Shown piece after piece: positions 30,532 through 39,275 of a DNA stretch of 64,000 nucleotides. The notes under the pieces were generated by a model. That model did not search any database, was not told the origin of the DNA, and saw nothing but the letters and a program-made list of their open reading frames with translations. How positions within the stretch are numbered: the first letter of the stretch is position 1; each line of letters starts with the position of its first letter. Source of the DNA: a bacterium (GTDB lineage: Bacteria; DRYD01); NCBI GenBank assembly GCA_039630415.1, contig JBCNVB010000011.1, positions 29,119-93,118 on the forward strand, written 5' to 3'. The position numbers and the translations under genes were made by a program.

Positions 30532-31923
30532 CTATGGGAAAATACCTAATTGGTTGTATGCAATAATTATTTTTTCGAGAGCAAGAACAAAAGCTGCTGT
30601 CTTCAAATCTAAGTTCTTCTCTTCCGATTTATTGTAAATACTATTAAAAGCACTTATCATACTCTCATATAAACCCGACTTGACTATATCTTCCTCTGTA
30701 AAACTGTTAACTAAATTACGATGATCTATCTTTCTACCTGTTATTTTTTCTATCTCCTGAATTAATTTCAAATTGTTTTCTTCTCTTAGTCTCTTTTCTA
30801 ACCTTCCAAACCTTACATGTGATAAGTTTTTGAGATATTCAAAGTAGGATACGGTTACCCCACCTGAATTAAAAAGTATATCTGGTATCACTAACTTATT
30901 GGCTTCAACAAGTTTATAGTGAGCTCTATAAGTAGTAGGTCCATTTGCTCCTTCAGCTATTATCTTTGCTTTTATCTTGGAATAGTTTTTTTCATTTATA
31001 ACATTTTCAAGAGCTGCCGGAACCAGCACATCAGCATCAACTTCTAAACAATCCTGAGGATTTGACGAAGAAACTGCATCAGGAAAACCATAAACTCCTC
31101 CCTTAACCTTAACATACTCATACAGATTATCTACGTTTATTCCCTTAGGATTGTATATCGTACCAGTCACATCTGCTATTGATACTATCTTAACATTATT
31201 ATCGTATAGGAACTTGCATAAAAAGTATCCTACATTTCCAAATCCTTGAACAGAAAAAGTAGCGTCCTGGAAATTATTTGAGACATTATATTTTTTCAAA
31301 ATATCTGTTCTTTGGTTAAAAAGATACTCCAGTATGTAGTAACCCCCTAAACCGGTAGCGTATTTTCTTCCTCTGATACCTCCTTGTTCTATGGGTTTAC
31401 CTGTTACACAAGCCAAGTAATCAACTTCCTTGGAAGACAAAGTAGCATATGTATCAAGTATCCAAGCCATTTCTCTTTCACCGGAACCCATATCGGGTCC
31501 GGGAACATCTATCGAAGGACCTATAAAATTCTTCCTGTACAACTCAAATGTATATCTTCTTACAATTCGTTCCATTTCACTTTCAGAATAGTTTTTAGGG
31601 TTAACTTTTATTCCTCCCTTAGCTCCTCCGAAGGGTATGTCTGTTATAGCACATTTATAACTCATTAGGGCTGCTAATGCCATTACCTCATCTAAGGCTA
31701 CATCAGGACTGATTCTTATTCCACCCTTAGTGGGCATCTTATGAAAACTATGATGTGCTCTCCAACCATATATCGTCTCTATTTGACCATTATTTCTTTT
31801 TATAGGGAAGGATACACTTATAACTGATCTACATTGCTTAATAAGTTCCAGTAAGTTAGGATCAGCTTTAACGTACTTTGTTGCTCTATCTACGAATAAA
31901 TTAACTTCCCTAAAGAAACTCAT
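30532..31923 (-). CDS. gdhA: Glutamate dehydrogenase (Glu/Leu/Phe/Val family)
   Basis: PTKGGIR, PFGGAKGG, VTGKP, QGFGNVG, EGANGP, GGVTVSYFE. Confidence 0.93.
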   Translation of the reverse strand: MSFFREVNLFVDRATKYVKADPNLLELIKQCRSVISVSFPIKRNNGQIETIYGWRAHHSFHKMPTKGGIRISPDVALDEVMALAALMSYKCAITDIPFGGAKGGIKVNPKNYSESEMERIVRRYTFELYRKNFIGPSIDVPGPDMGSGEREMAWILDTYATLSSKEVDYLACVTGKPIEQGGIRGRKYATGLGGYYILEYLFNQRTDILKKYNVSNNFQDATFSVQGFGNVGYFLCKFLYDNNVKIVSIADVTGTIYNPKGINVDNLYEYVKVKGGVYGFPDAVSSSNPQDCLEVDADVLVPAALENVINEKNYSKIKAKIIAEGANGPTTYRAHYKLVEANKLVIPDILFNSGGVTVSYFEYLKNLSHVRFGRLEKRLREENNLKLIQEIEKITGRKIDHRNLVNSFTEEDIVKSGLYESMISAFNSIYNKSEEKNLDLKTAAFVLALEKIIIAYNQLGIFP

Positions 31924-31948
31924 ATTTACCTCCTAGTGTTGTTACTTA

Positions 31949-32764
31949 TTAAGTTAGGAATTCTCCGCCATCTACGTATATCGTGTTGCCTGTAATCCAA
32001 TATGAACTTGGATGAGAAAGTAGCATTATCGCATTTGCTACATCGACAGGAGTTGTTAATCTTTTACTTGGATTATACTTTTGAGCTTTTTCGATCATAT
32101 CTTCGTGACCTGGTATTTTCATCAAAGCTGGTGTTTGTGTAACACCTGCACATATAGAATTAGCTGTTATACCGTATGGAGCTAGTTCTAAAGCTAGTTG
32201 CCTTATATGTGATTCTAATAAGGCTTTGGAAGCTGATACTGGACCATACGATTTCCAATTTCTGCTAGAACCTATACTTGTCATAGCAAATATTCTGGCA
32301 TTTTCTGTAAACATATCATTTATAAAGAGCTTTTGAACCCAATATACTAAACAATTTGCCATTACATCTAATGTCATTTCTAATTGGTCTTTTGAAACAC
32401 AATCTGGGCCTATATAGGGTCTTAGTGATCCAAAAGCTATTGAATGAAGAAAAACTCTTATTGATTTGGTCCCTAGTTGATTTTTAAGTTCAGATATTAT
32501 TTCATCGATTTTAGAAATGTCTGCAGCGTTGGTATTATAAAAGATAGCTTTTCTATTCATGTTGAGAATAGTATTTTTTACATCTATAGCGTTTTGTATG
32601 GTAGATTTTCTGTCTAGGTGTATGCCTACTATATCCATGCCGGCTTTTGCTAAGGCTATAGCTGTTGCTGCTCCAAAACCTGAAGATGCTCCAAGTATTA
32701 TCGCCCAGTCCTTTAAAGTAATAGGGTTTTTTACCGATTCTACTATACTTTCTACTTTAAGCAT
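31949..32764 (-). CDS. SDR oxidoreductase, enoyl-ACP reductase (FabL-like)
   Basis: LGASSGFG, YGPVSASK (YX6K spacing typical of enoyl reductases), ITGNTIYVDGG. Confidence 0.78.
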   Translation of the reverse strand: MLKVESIVESVKNPITLKDWAIILGASSGFGAATAIALAKAGMDIVGIHLDRKSTIQNAIDVKNTILNMNRKAIFYNTNAADISKIDEIISELKNQLGTKSIRVFLHSIAFGSLRPYIGPDCVSKDQLEMTLDVMANCLVYWVQKLFINDMFTENARIFAMTSIGSSRNWKSYGPVSASKALLESHIRQLALELAPYGITANSICAGVTQTPALMKIPGHEDMIEKAQKYNPSKRLTTPVDVANAIMLLSHPSSYWITGNTIYVDGGEFLT

Positions 32765-32777
32765 ATCTTTTATCTTT

Positions 32778-32815
32778 TGTCCGTATATTTTTATACCGCC
32801 TAGCGGACAGGCAGT
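32778..32815 (-). ncRNA. Predicted H-type pseudoknot between pepF and the FabL-like gene (copy 3)
   Basis: Minus strand: ACTGCCT GTCCG CT AGGCGGT ATAAAAATATA CGGACA; stem 1 ACTGCCT/AGGCGGT, stem 2 GTCCG/CGGAC. Confidence 0.7.
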
Positions 32816-34515
32816 TATTCTATTTTCTCAAATTCGACTATAATTTGCTCTATTTGTTTAAAGCTTTCTTGCCAAAAACTACTATCTCTAATATCTAGTC
32901 CTACTGATTTTAGAACCTCTTCTGGTTTTCCTTTACCACTATTCTTCAAAATTTCTACATACTGGTTATTTGATATCTGTCCTATAGTATATAGGTTATA
33001 AATAGCCAACCCTATTAATAAGCCTAAAAGATATGGGTAGTTATAGTAGTTGGATGAGTAATAATGAGGTTTTGTAATCCACATGTATGGATGGAATGAA
33101 TTTAGACTATCGAGATAGATTTCTTGCTGGGAGTCTAACATAAGATTGCATATTTCTTGTGAAGTCAGGATTCTTTCTTTCCTTATATTTATTAGTTTGT
33201 CTTCAAACAAAAAGCGAGACAATATATCAACGACTACTACACTTATGGTATGTAAATAGCTATCCAGGATCTGTTTTTTCAGATTGGGGAATATTTTGAG
33301 TGTATTATTTCTAGTGATTGTTTCTGCTAATATGCTGGCTGTTTCTGCCATGATTAAAGGACATGATCTGTATAGGAAAGTATTTTGTGACATTAGCCAA
33401 TTATGATAAGCATGTCCTAGTTCATGAGCAAGAACTAGTAGAGAATTAACAGAATCATCGTAGTTTACTAGTATTCTTGATTGTTTATCATGGATGTAAA
33501 TACAAAAGCCTCCACTTACTTTCCCTATCCTTGGTTTATAATCTATCCAGTTTTTTTCAAAAGCATTTAGAGCCATGTTGTACATATCTTGTGAAAATTC
33601 AGCAAAATTCCCAAGTATAAATTCCTTGGCTTTATCAAAATCAAACTCCACTTTTTCATGATCTTCTGTTGGTGCGGATAGATCATACCATTCTAATTTT
33701 TCTAGGTCTAAAAGTTGAGCTTTCTTATAAAAATATCTCCTAACTATCGATAAATTCTCAAAGGCAACTGAAAGTACTATATCTAATATCTCTTTGTCGA
33801 TTTGATTATGGAACAAGGATTGTTCTAGTACTGATTTAAACTTCCTTTTTTGACTTACGATAATTGAATCCCATTTAACTGAGTTGAGAATTCTGGAGAA
33901 GATATACTCATATTCTTTAAATAATTCTATCTCTGTTTCGTATGTTTTTTCCCTTATATTTCTGTTGCTACTGTTATAATTTTTTCTTAGCTCGCTTATG
34001 GAGATTTTATTTCCTTCAAACTCTACTTTCAAGTTTGATATTAGCTCATTATAAAGAGATTTCCATTCGGAATTGGAAGTTATAGATAGCTTGCTGTATA
34101 AAATTTCTTCTTCTTTTGTCATCCGATGTTCGTAATTTTCTTTACATTTGAGAATAAAAAACCGGTATTCTTCAATTGAGGGATTGTATTTAGCTATTAT
34201 TTCTTCTAGCTTTATGGTTAGATAGTGAATGCTGGAATTAATTTCATACAGAATCCCCTTAATTTTTTGTGCTTCTTGGTTAAGACTATCTATTGATAGA
34301 ATGCAAGTTATATAGGATTGAGCTTTCCTTATCTTTTCTAATAATTTTTCATACTCTTTAATAAGATCCGGAATTTGATGTTCTTCAATAGATTCTTCAA
34401 CCTTTTGTTCTAGTTGTAAGATTAGATTTTTTATGTTTGTAAGGTCGAGATATACATCCTTTATATTAGGGTAGATTTGTTCTAATCCCCAGGTACTATC
34501 TATCTTGCTCTTCAT
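32815..34515 (-). CDS. pepF: Oligoendopeptidase F (peptidase M3B)
   Basis: W.LEQIY, WYDL.AP, GKVSGGFC, HELGHAYH, AETAS, PHYY...YYNYPY. Confidence 0.92.
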   Translation of the reverse strand: MKSKIDSTWGLEQIYPNIKDVYLDLTNIKNLILQLEQKVEESIEEHQIPDLIKEYEKLLEKIRKAQSYITCILSIDSLNQEAQKIKGILYEINSSIHYLTIKLEEIIAKYNPSIEEYRFFILKCKENYEHRMTKEEEILYSKLSITSNSEWKSLYNELISNLKVEFEGNKISISELRKNYNSSNRNIREKTYETEIELFKEYEYIFSRILNSVKWDSIIVSQKRKFKSVLEQSLFHNQIDKEILDIVLSVAFENLSIVRRYFYKKAQLLDLEKLEWYDLSAPTEDHEKVEFDFDKAKEFILGNFAEFSQDMYNMALNAFEKNWIDYKPRIGKVSGGFCIYIHDKQSRILVNYDDSVNSLLVLAHELGHAYHNWLMSQNTFLYRSCPLIMAETASILAETITRNNTLKIFPNLKKQILDSYLHTISVVVVDILSRFLFEDKLINIRKERILTSQEICNLMLDSQQEIYLDSLNSFHPYMWITKPHYYSSNYYNYPYLLGLLIGLAIYNLYTIGQISNNQYVEILKNSGKGKPEEVLKSVGLDIRDSSFWQESFKQIEQIIVEFEKIE

Positions 34516-35344
34516 GGTTTGAATAGGGTTTTGAGTATAGGTACAGGATTATTTTACCCCAAGTAGCTAGAGCTATAAATACGATATTGGAAAGTTTTCT
34601 TAGTTTTGCTTGTTGTTCATAAGTTTTAGCTAAGCCCCAGGTTATTGCGGACGTCCATATCCCATTTGAAAGATGATAAGAAATAGAGTATATAAATGAT
34701 ATGTACATTAGATATCCTATAGGTGCTAATGGTCCTGAAAACCAAACATTTACTTTCTGATAAGTATAATCCCTTTTAGAGGGAATGTTGAATTTTTTTC
34801 TGAACCAATCGGGTAGGTACTCATTAAACCTTATTGTTACAAGATGAAAAATAAGTGTTTTTAGTATAATGTAAGCAGATATTCGCTGTAGAATATACCT
34901 ATAGTTTGTTTCTGTTTTTATTCTTGTATCTATTTTACCTCTACTTAGAAGTATAAGTCCTATGACTATGTGAGATACTAAGGGTAAATAAATTCCAAAA
35001 ATTTCTATTATTGGGAAGAGTGGATTTTTATGAATTGATTTAGAAAGGTTGTTAAGTTCTTTTGGATTGTAGGCTAGGGAATTATTGATAAAATGTGCTA
35101 CAACAAAACCCCCAATGAATATCATACCTGTCAGCGAATGTATTCTTTTGTATAGAGAATATGGAACACTATCTAGTGTATTTTTTATGTATAATAGTGG
35201 TTTTATACGCAGTATGGTATTTGAGTTATTGGTATATATTGGTGCTAATTTGTTTGTGGAATTATTTTTGATCGCGTTATTTTTGATAATTTGTCTACCT
35301 ATAAATACTCCGCTTAGTAAGCCTATTCCAATTAAGAGAAGCAT
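34496..35344 (-). CDS. sdhC: Succinate dehydrogenase cytochrome b558 subunit (Bacillus-type SdhC)
   Basis: RIHSLTG....G.FVVAH, LQRISA, YHLSNGIWT..ITWG. Confidence 0.82.
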   Translation of the reverse strand: MLLLIGIGLLSGVFIGRQIIKNNAIKNNSTNKLAPIYTNNSNTILRIKPLLYIKNTLDSVPYSLYKRIHSLTGMIFIGGFVVAHFINNSLAYNPKELNNLSKSIHKNPLFPIIEIFGIYLPLVSHIVIGLILLSRGKIDTRIKTETNYRYILQRISAYIILKTLIFHLVTIRFNEYLPDWFRKKFNIPSKRDYTYQKVNVWFSGPLAPIGYLMYISFIYSISYHLSNGIWTSAITWGLAKTYEQQAKLRKLSNIVFIALATWGKIILYLYSKPYSNHEEQDR

Positions 35345-35358
35345 TTGTATTCTCTCCT

Positions 35359-37047
35359 TTACCCGAGTAGTGTTTTAAGTTCATTTTGTTTGGTTGATTC
35401 TATTGATACTTCTTCCTTTCTAGTAGCCCATACGGGATAAGGAAAGGTTATTATGAAAGGTACGGGACAATCTGGCTGTGATATTATCATATTTCCTGGT
35501 TTTAGGATTACAACTCTTTTTTTGATATCCTCCCTTAAGAAATGGTATAATCCTTTTGAAAGTTCAAAAGAATCTGATCTACCTATTACTCTAATTGCGC
35601 AGTTAGATATGACTCTAGAATCTATTTGGCTTGCTGTTTGTTGTGCTCCTATTAGGATTATTCCTAAGCTTCTTCCTCTCTCTGCTATGTCGATTAATAC
35701 TTCTTTTATGGGTGTTTCTCCTTCTTCAGGGCAATACTTATTTAATTCATCTACGACGAAAAAGTACTTATACATGTCATTCTCTTCTTCCTTTTTCAAG
35801 TAGATTAAATACAAAATTGAAGAAACTACGAAAAGTTTAGACTTTTCATTCAGATTATGTACATCAATTACGGTTAGTTGATTATTTTCGATTTCTTTTA
35901 TTATGTCTGCTTTTTTATCCTTTTCTACTTTTCCTACTAGGAAGTTACAATCTTCTTTTATTTTTCTCATTCTTCTTAGGAAAGCATTGATTGTAGCTTT
36001 TGATTCGTAGAATTCTCTACTGTTTTGCAAATAATCTACCAGGTATTTGTATAGGTCTTCTAAATCTTGTATGTATTTTTGATTTTCAAGTTTTATCACA
36101 CCTATTTTTTGTAGCTCTTGATCTGTTTTTTCTATTAGATCCTGCATATGCTTTTCTACGATTGAAATTATTCTTTCAAGACTTTGATAGTTTTTTATTT
36201 CGTCAACAAAGAAGAATTTGAATAACTGTTTTTTAAATATTTCTACTATTGAGAAGTAGTATAAGCTAGCTTTTACAGTTGTATCCGGTAGGTCAATTTG
36301 TTTTTCGTCTGTTTGATTTTTTTGAAATTTTTTGGGAGGTAATAAAACCTTTACATTTTGGAAGGGAATGGGTTGTAAGGAAAGTTGATGATACTTTTGC
36401 TCTATTTCCTGAGAAGTTTGGATTTTTATATTCTTATAGTTGTTTTTGTAATTGAGATATAAAAGATCTGTTGATTTTACGTTAAATACTACAACTCTGT
36501 ATTGACCAGAGTTGGGTGATTTTTGAAGTAGAGAAAAAACTACAAAAGAAGCAAAAGAAGTTTTAGTAGCTATACCAGACATACCAGTTATATTCATGTG
36601 AGCTCCGTTTGTACCGTCTAAAAAGTCTAAGTTTAAGTACGCATTTGATTCATTTCTCAAAAAACCTATCGGTACTTTATTTTGCATTGTATCAAAGTAT
36701 AGGGCTTTTGAGGATGATTCGCTGTCTGACAGATATACCTCTGAAAAGGGAGTAGGAGGAACAAATATCTCAGGATCTATTCTCGTTACCAATACCTGTG
36801 CTATCGATACGTTTTGATAGGGTATTTTGTTTTTTATAGCTAGATCTGTTTCAGTTGCAAATTGTAAACCATCTGTGTAATTTATAATCTGAGTTACTAT
36901 TCCGTAGTGTGTTATTTCTTGTTGACTGTAGTATGTTTTTGTGATTACAATATCGTCTATTTGTACTATAGTTGTAGGATCTATTATGAAAAAGAAATCA
37001 TAGCATGTGTTGGGTTTATTACCTAATACATAGCCTACTTTTTTCAT
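35359..37047 (-). CDS. HerA-family ATPase/helicase (HAS barrel + P-loop)
   Basis: GAHMNITGMSGIATKTS, VVDELNKY.P, DIAERGRSLGIILIGAQQ. Confidence 0.85.
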   Translation of the reverse strand: MKKVGYVLGNKPNTCYDFFFIIDPTTIVQIDDIVITKTYYSQQEITHYGIVTQIINYTDGLQFATETDLAIKNKIPYQNVSIAQVLVTRIDPEIFVPPTPFSEVYLSDSESSSKALYFDTMQNKVPIGFLRNESNAYLNLDFLDGTNGAHMNITGMSGIATKTSFASFVVFSLLQKSPNSGQYRVVVFNVKSTDLLYLNYKNNYKNIKIQTSQEIEQKYHQLSLQPIPFQNVKVLLPPKKFQKNQTDEKQIDLPDTTVKASLYYFSIVEIFKKQLFKFFFVDEIKNYQSLERIISIVEKHMQDLIEKTDQELQKIGVIKLENQKYIQDLEDLYKYLVDYLQNSREFYESKATINAFLRRMRKIKEDCNFLVGKVEKDKKADIIKEIENNQLTVIDVHNLNEKSKLFVVSSILYLIYLKKEEENDMYKYFFVVDELNKYCPEEGETPIKEVLIDIAERGRSLGIILIGAQQTASQIDSRVISNCAIRVIGRSDSFELSKGLYHFLREDIKKRVVILKPGNMIISQPDCPVPFIITFPYPVWATRKEEVSIESTKQNELKTLLG

Positions 37048-37051
37048 AAGT

Positions 37052-39058
37052 TTATACTTTTTCTTCTTGATTTTTCTTACTTTCTGCGATTACTTGCTGA
37101 GCTATATTAGGTGGAGCTTCTTCATAGTGTGAAAGTTTCATAGTAAAGGTTGCTCTTCCTTGTGTGGCTGACTTAAGTTCAACGGGTAGTTCTTTAATTT
37201 CCATCCATGGTGCTTCTGCTTTTATAATTTGCCATCCCTTACGATCAGATGTTTCCATACCCATTATCCTTGCTCTTTTTGTATTTAGTAAACCAATCAC
37301 ATCACCTAACATACTGTCTGGAACCAAGACCTCTAAGTTCATTATAGGTTCAAGTAGAATGGGATTAGCTTTGGACATTGCTTCTCTGAAAGCCATAGCA
37401 CCTGCTATTTGGAATGCTAAGTCACTCGAGTCAACTTCGTGATACTTACCGTCAAAAAGAATTACTCTTACATCTACGACTTTGTTACCGGATAGAACTC
37501 CTTCTTCCATTGCATTTCTTACTCCTTTTTCTACGGAAGGTATAAAGTTTTTGGGAATAACTCCTCCAACTATTCTATCTACGAATTCGAAACCTTGTCC
37601 TCTAGGGAGTGGTTCTATTTCTATGTGGGCTATACCGAATTGTCCTCTACCACCTGACTGTTTGACATATTTTCCTATTGCTTGACCCTTACCTTTTATA
37701 GTCTCTAGATATGGGATTTTTCTAGGTGTTACGTCTATGTTTACCTTGTATTTGTTCTTGAGTTTGGAGATGATGTAATCTAGGTGTACGTCACCTATGG
37801 TAGATATTACAAATTGTTTTACATCATGATCCCTGTATGCTTTGAAGGTTGGATCTTCTTCCTGGATTCTGCTTATAGCTGAGGATAATTTTTCTTCATC
37901 TGCTTTGGTTTTGGGTTCTACACCTTTTTCGTAAAGTGGTTGAGGATAGATTATAGATTGAATAGGTTTATCTGAGGTTGATAAGACATCTCCTGATAGT
38001 GTTTGTTCCAATTTATAAGTTGCGCAAATATCTCCACTTAGACATTCATTTATTGGGCTATGTTGGTCTCCTACTATTTCTACTAGCATAGTGAGTTTTT
38101 CTTTATAATTTCTGGTTACATTGTTAACTGTTGTGTCTTTTGTTAATTTTCCTGTAAATACTCTTATGTATGAAACTCTACCTTTATAGGGATCTGATAT
38201 TGTTTTAAATACCAGGGCTTGTAAATCTTTTTGATCTTGTTGTATAAGATGATTTTCATCTGCGTTTAGAAGAATTGAGTCCAGGTATTTAAGCATTATT
38301 TTTACAGATTCGGGTATTTTAGCGCTAATTGTGAATAGTGGGAATAGAAGTTTAGTTTTGTAAGCCCGTTTTAGGTTTTGAGTTATTTCTTCTAGTGATA
38401 GTTCACCCTGCTCTAGATATTTGTTTAATAGTTCTTCATTAGTTTCTGCAATTGCTTCTGTTATCTTTTCGAAGTATGAGTTAGTTAAATTGGATAAAGG
38501 ATTGTCAATTTCTCTAAGTTCTCCTTGACTAAAAGCATAGGCTTTCTTTGAGATTACATCTACAATACCTTTGAAACTGTTATTTTCGTATATTGGAATT
38601 GTGATGGGAACTATTCTATTACTAAAACTATCAATAAGAGAGTTAAGAATATTTTCGAAATTAAGATTTTCTTTGTCAAAATGGTTTAGAATAAAGACTA
38701 TGGGCAGATTGGTTTTTTCGTTTACAAGAAACCATGATCTTTCAGTTCCTACTTCTACAGGGTTTTGTGCGTTTATCATGATTGCTATGTTTTCAGAGGC
38801 CATTAATCCTCCAAGTATATCTGCTATGAAATCTGAAAATCCTGGTGTGTCTATTAAGTTAATTTTTTGGTTTTTTGTTTTTATAGGATAGATTTTCAAA
38901 CTTGTAGTAGTTTTTCTTCTTTTTTCTTCTTCGTCTGTATCTAGTAACGAAGGTGTTCCATAGGAATTAGTTTGTTTATTTAGATAGGCTATTGTTTCGA
39001 TTAGTGAGGTTTTACCCGTTGATGTATGTCCCAATAGGCATAGATTTTTGATAATCAT
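37052..39058 (-). CDS. Elongation factor G paralog (EF-G2-like)
   Basis: GHTSTGKTS, DTPGFSDF, EEDPTF, KQSGGRGQFG, YHEVDSSDLAF; GTPase motifs diverge from canonical FusA. Confidence 0.9.
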   Translation of the reverse strand: MIIKNLCLLGHTSTGKTSLIETIAYLNKQTNSYGTPSLLDTDEEEKRRKTTTSLKIYPIKTKNQKINLIDTPGFSDFIADILGGLMASENIAIMINAQNPVEVGTERSWFLVNEKTNLPIVFILNHFDKENLNFENILNSLIDSFSNRIVPITIPIYENNSFKGIVDVISKKAYAFSQGELREIDNPLSNLTNSYFEKITEAIAETNEELLNKYLEQGELSLEEITQNLKRAYKTKLLFPLFTISAKIPESVKIMLKYLDSILLNADENHLIQQDQKDLQALVFKTISDPYKGRVSYIRVFTGKLTKDTTVNNVTRNYKEKLTMLVEIVGDQHSPINECLSGDICATYKLEQTLSGDVLSTSDKPIQSIIYPQPLYEKGVEPKTKADEEKLSSAISRIQEEDPTFKAYRDHDVKQFVISTIGDVHLDYIISKLKNKYKVNIDVTPRKIPYLETIKGKGQAIGKYVKQSGGRGQFGIAHIEIEPLPRGQGFEFVDRIVGGVIPKNFIPSVEKGVRNAMEEGVLSGNKVVDVRVILFDGKYHEVDSSDLAFQIAGAMAFREAMSKANPILLEPIMNLEVLVPDSMLGDVIGLLNTKRARIMGMETSDRKGWQIIKAEAPWMEIKELPVELKSATQGRATFTMKLSHYEEAPPNIAQQVIAESKKNQEEKV

Positions 39059-39098
39059 ACTATCCTCCCTCGGCTTAATTTTTTTTAGCTAATATTAG

Positions 39099-39269
39099 TT
39101 ATACCTCGAGATATTCTCTTGGTATTTTTTTGCCTGCTTTTAGAGCGCATTCTCTGCACCATTTTTTCCCGCCTATTTTTACCCATTTTTTGCCTTCTAA
39201 TAAGCCTTTACAGTATCTACATTTGGCGGGTCCTGGTTTTTTGATACTTGTTTTTTTCTTTTGAGCCAT
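39099..39269 (-). CDS. Unannotated 56-aa basic Cys4 zinc-finger protein
   Basis: MAQKKKTSIKKPGPAKCRYCKGLLEGKKWVKIGGKKWCRECALKAGKKIPREYLEV*; AGGAGG upstream; fills the gap between kamD and the EF-G paralog. Confidence 0.8.
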   Translation of the reverse strand: MAQKKKTSIKKPGPAKCRYCKGLLEGKKWVKIGGKKWCRECALKAGKKIPREYLEV

Positions 39270-39275
39270 GATTTT

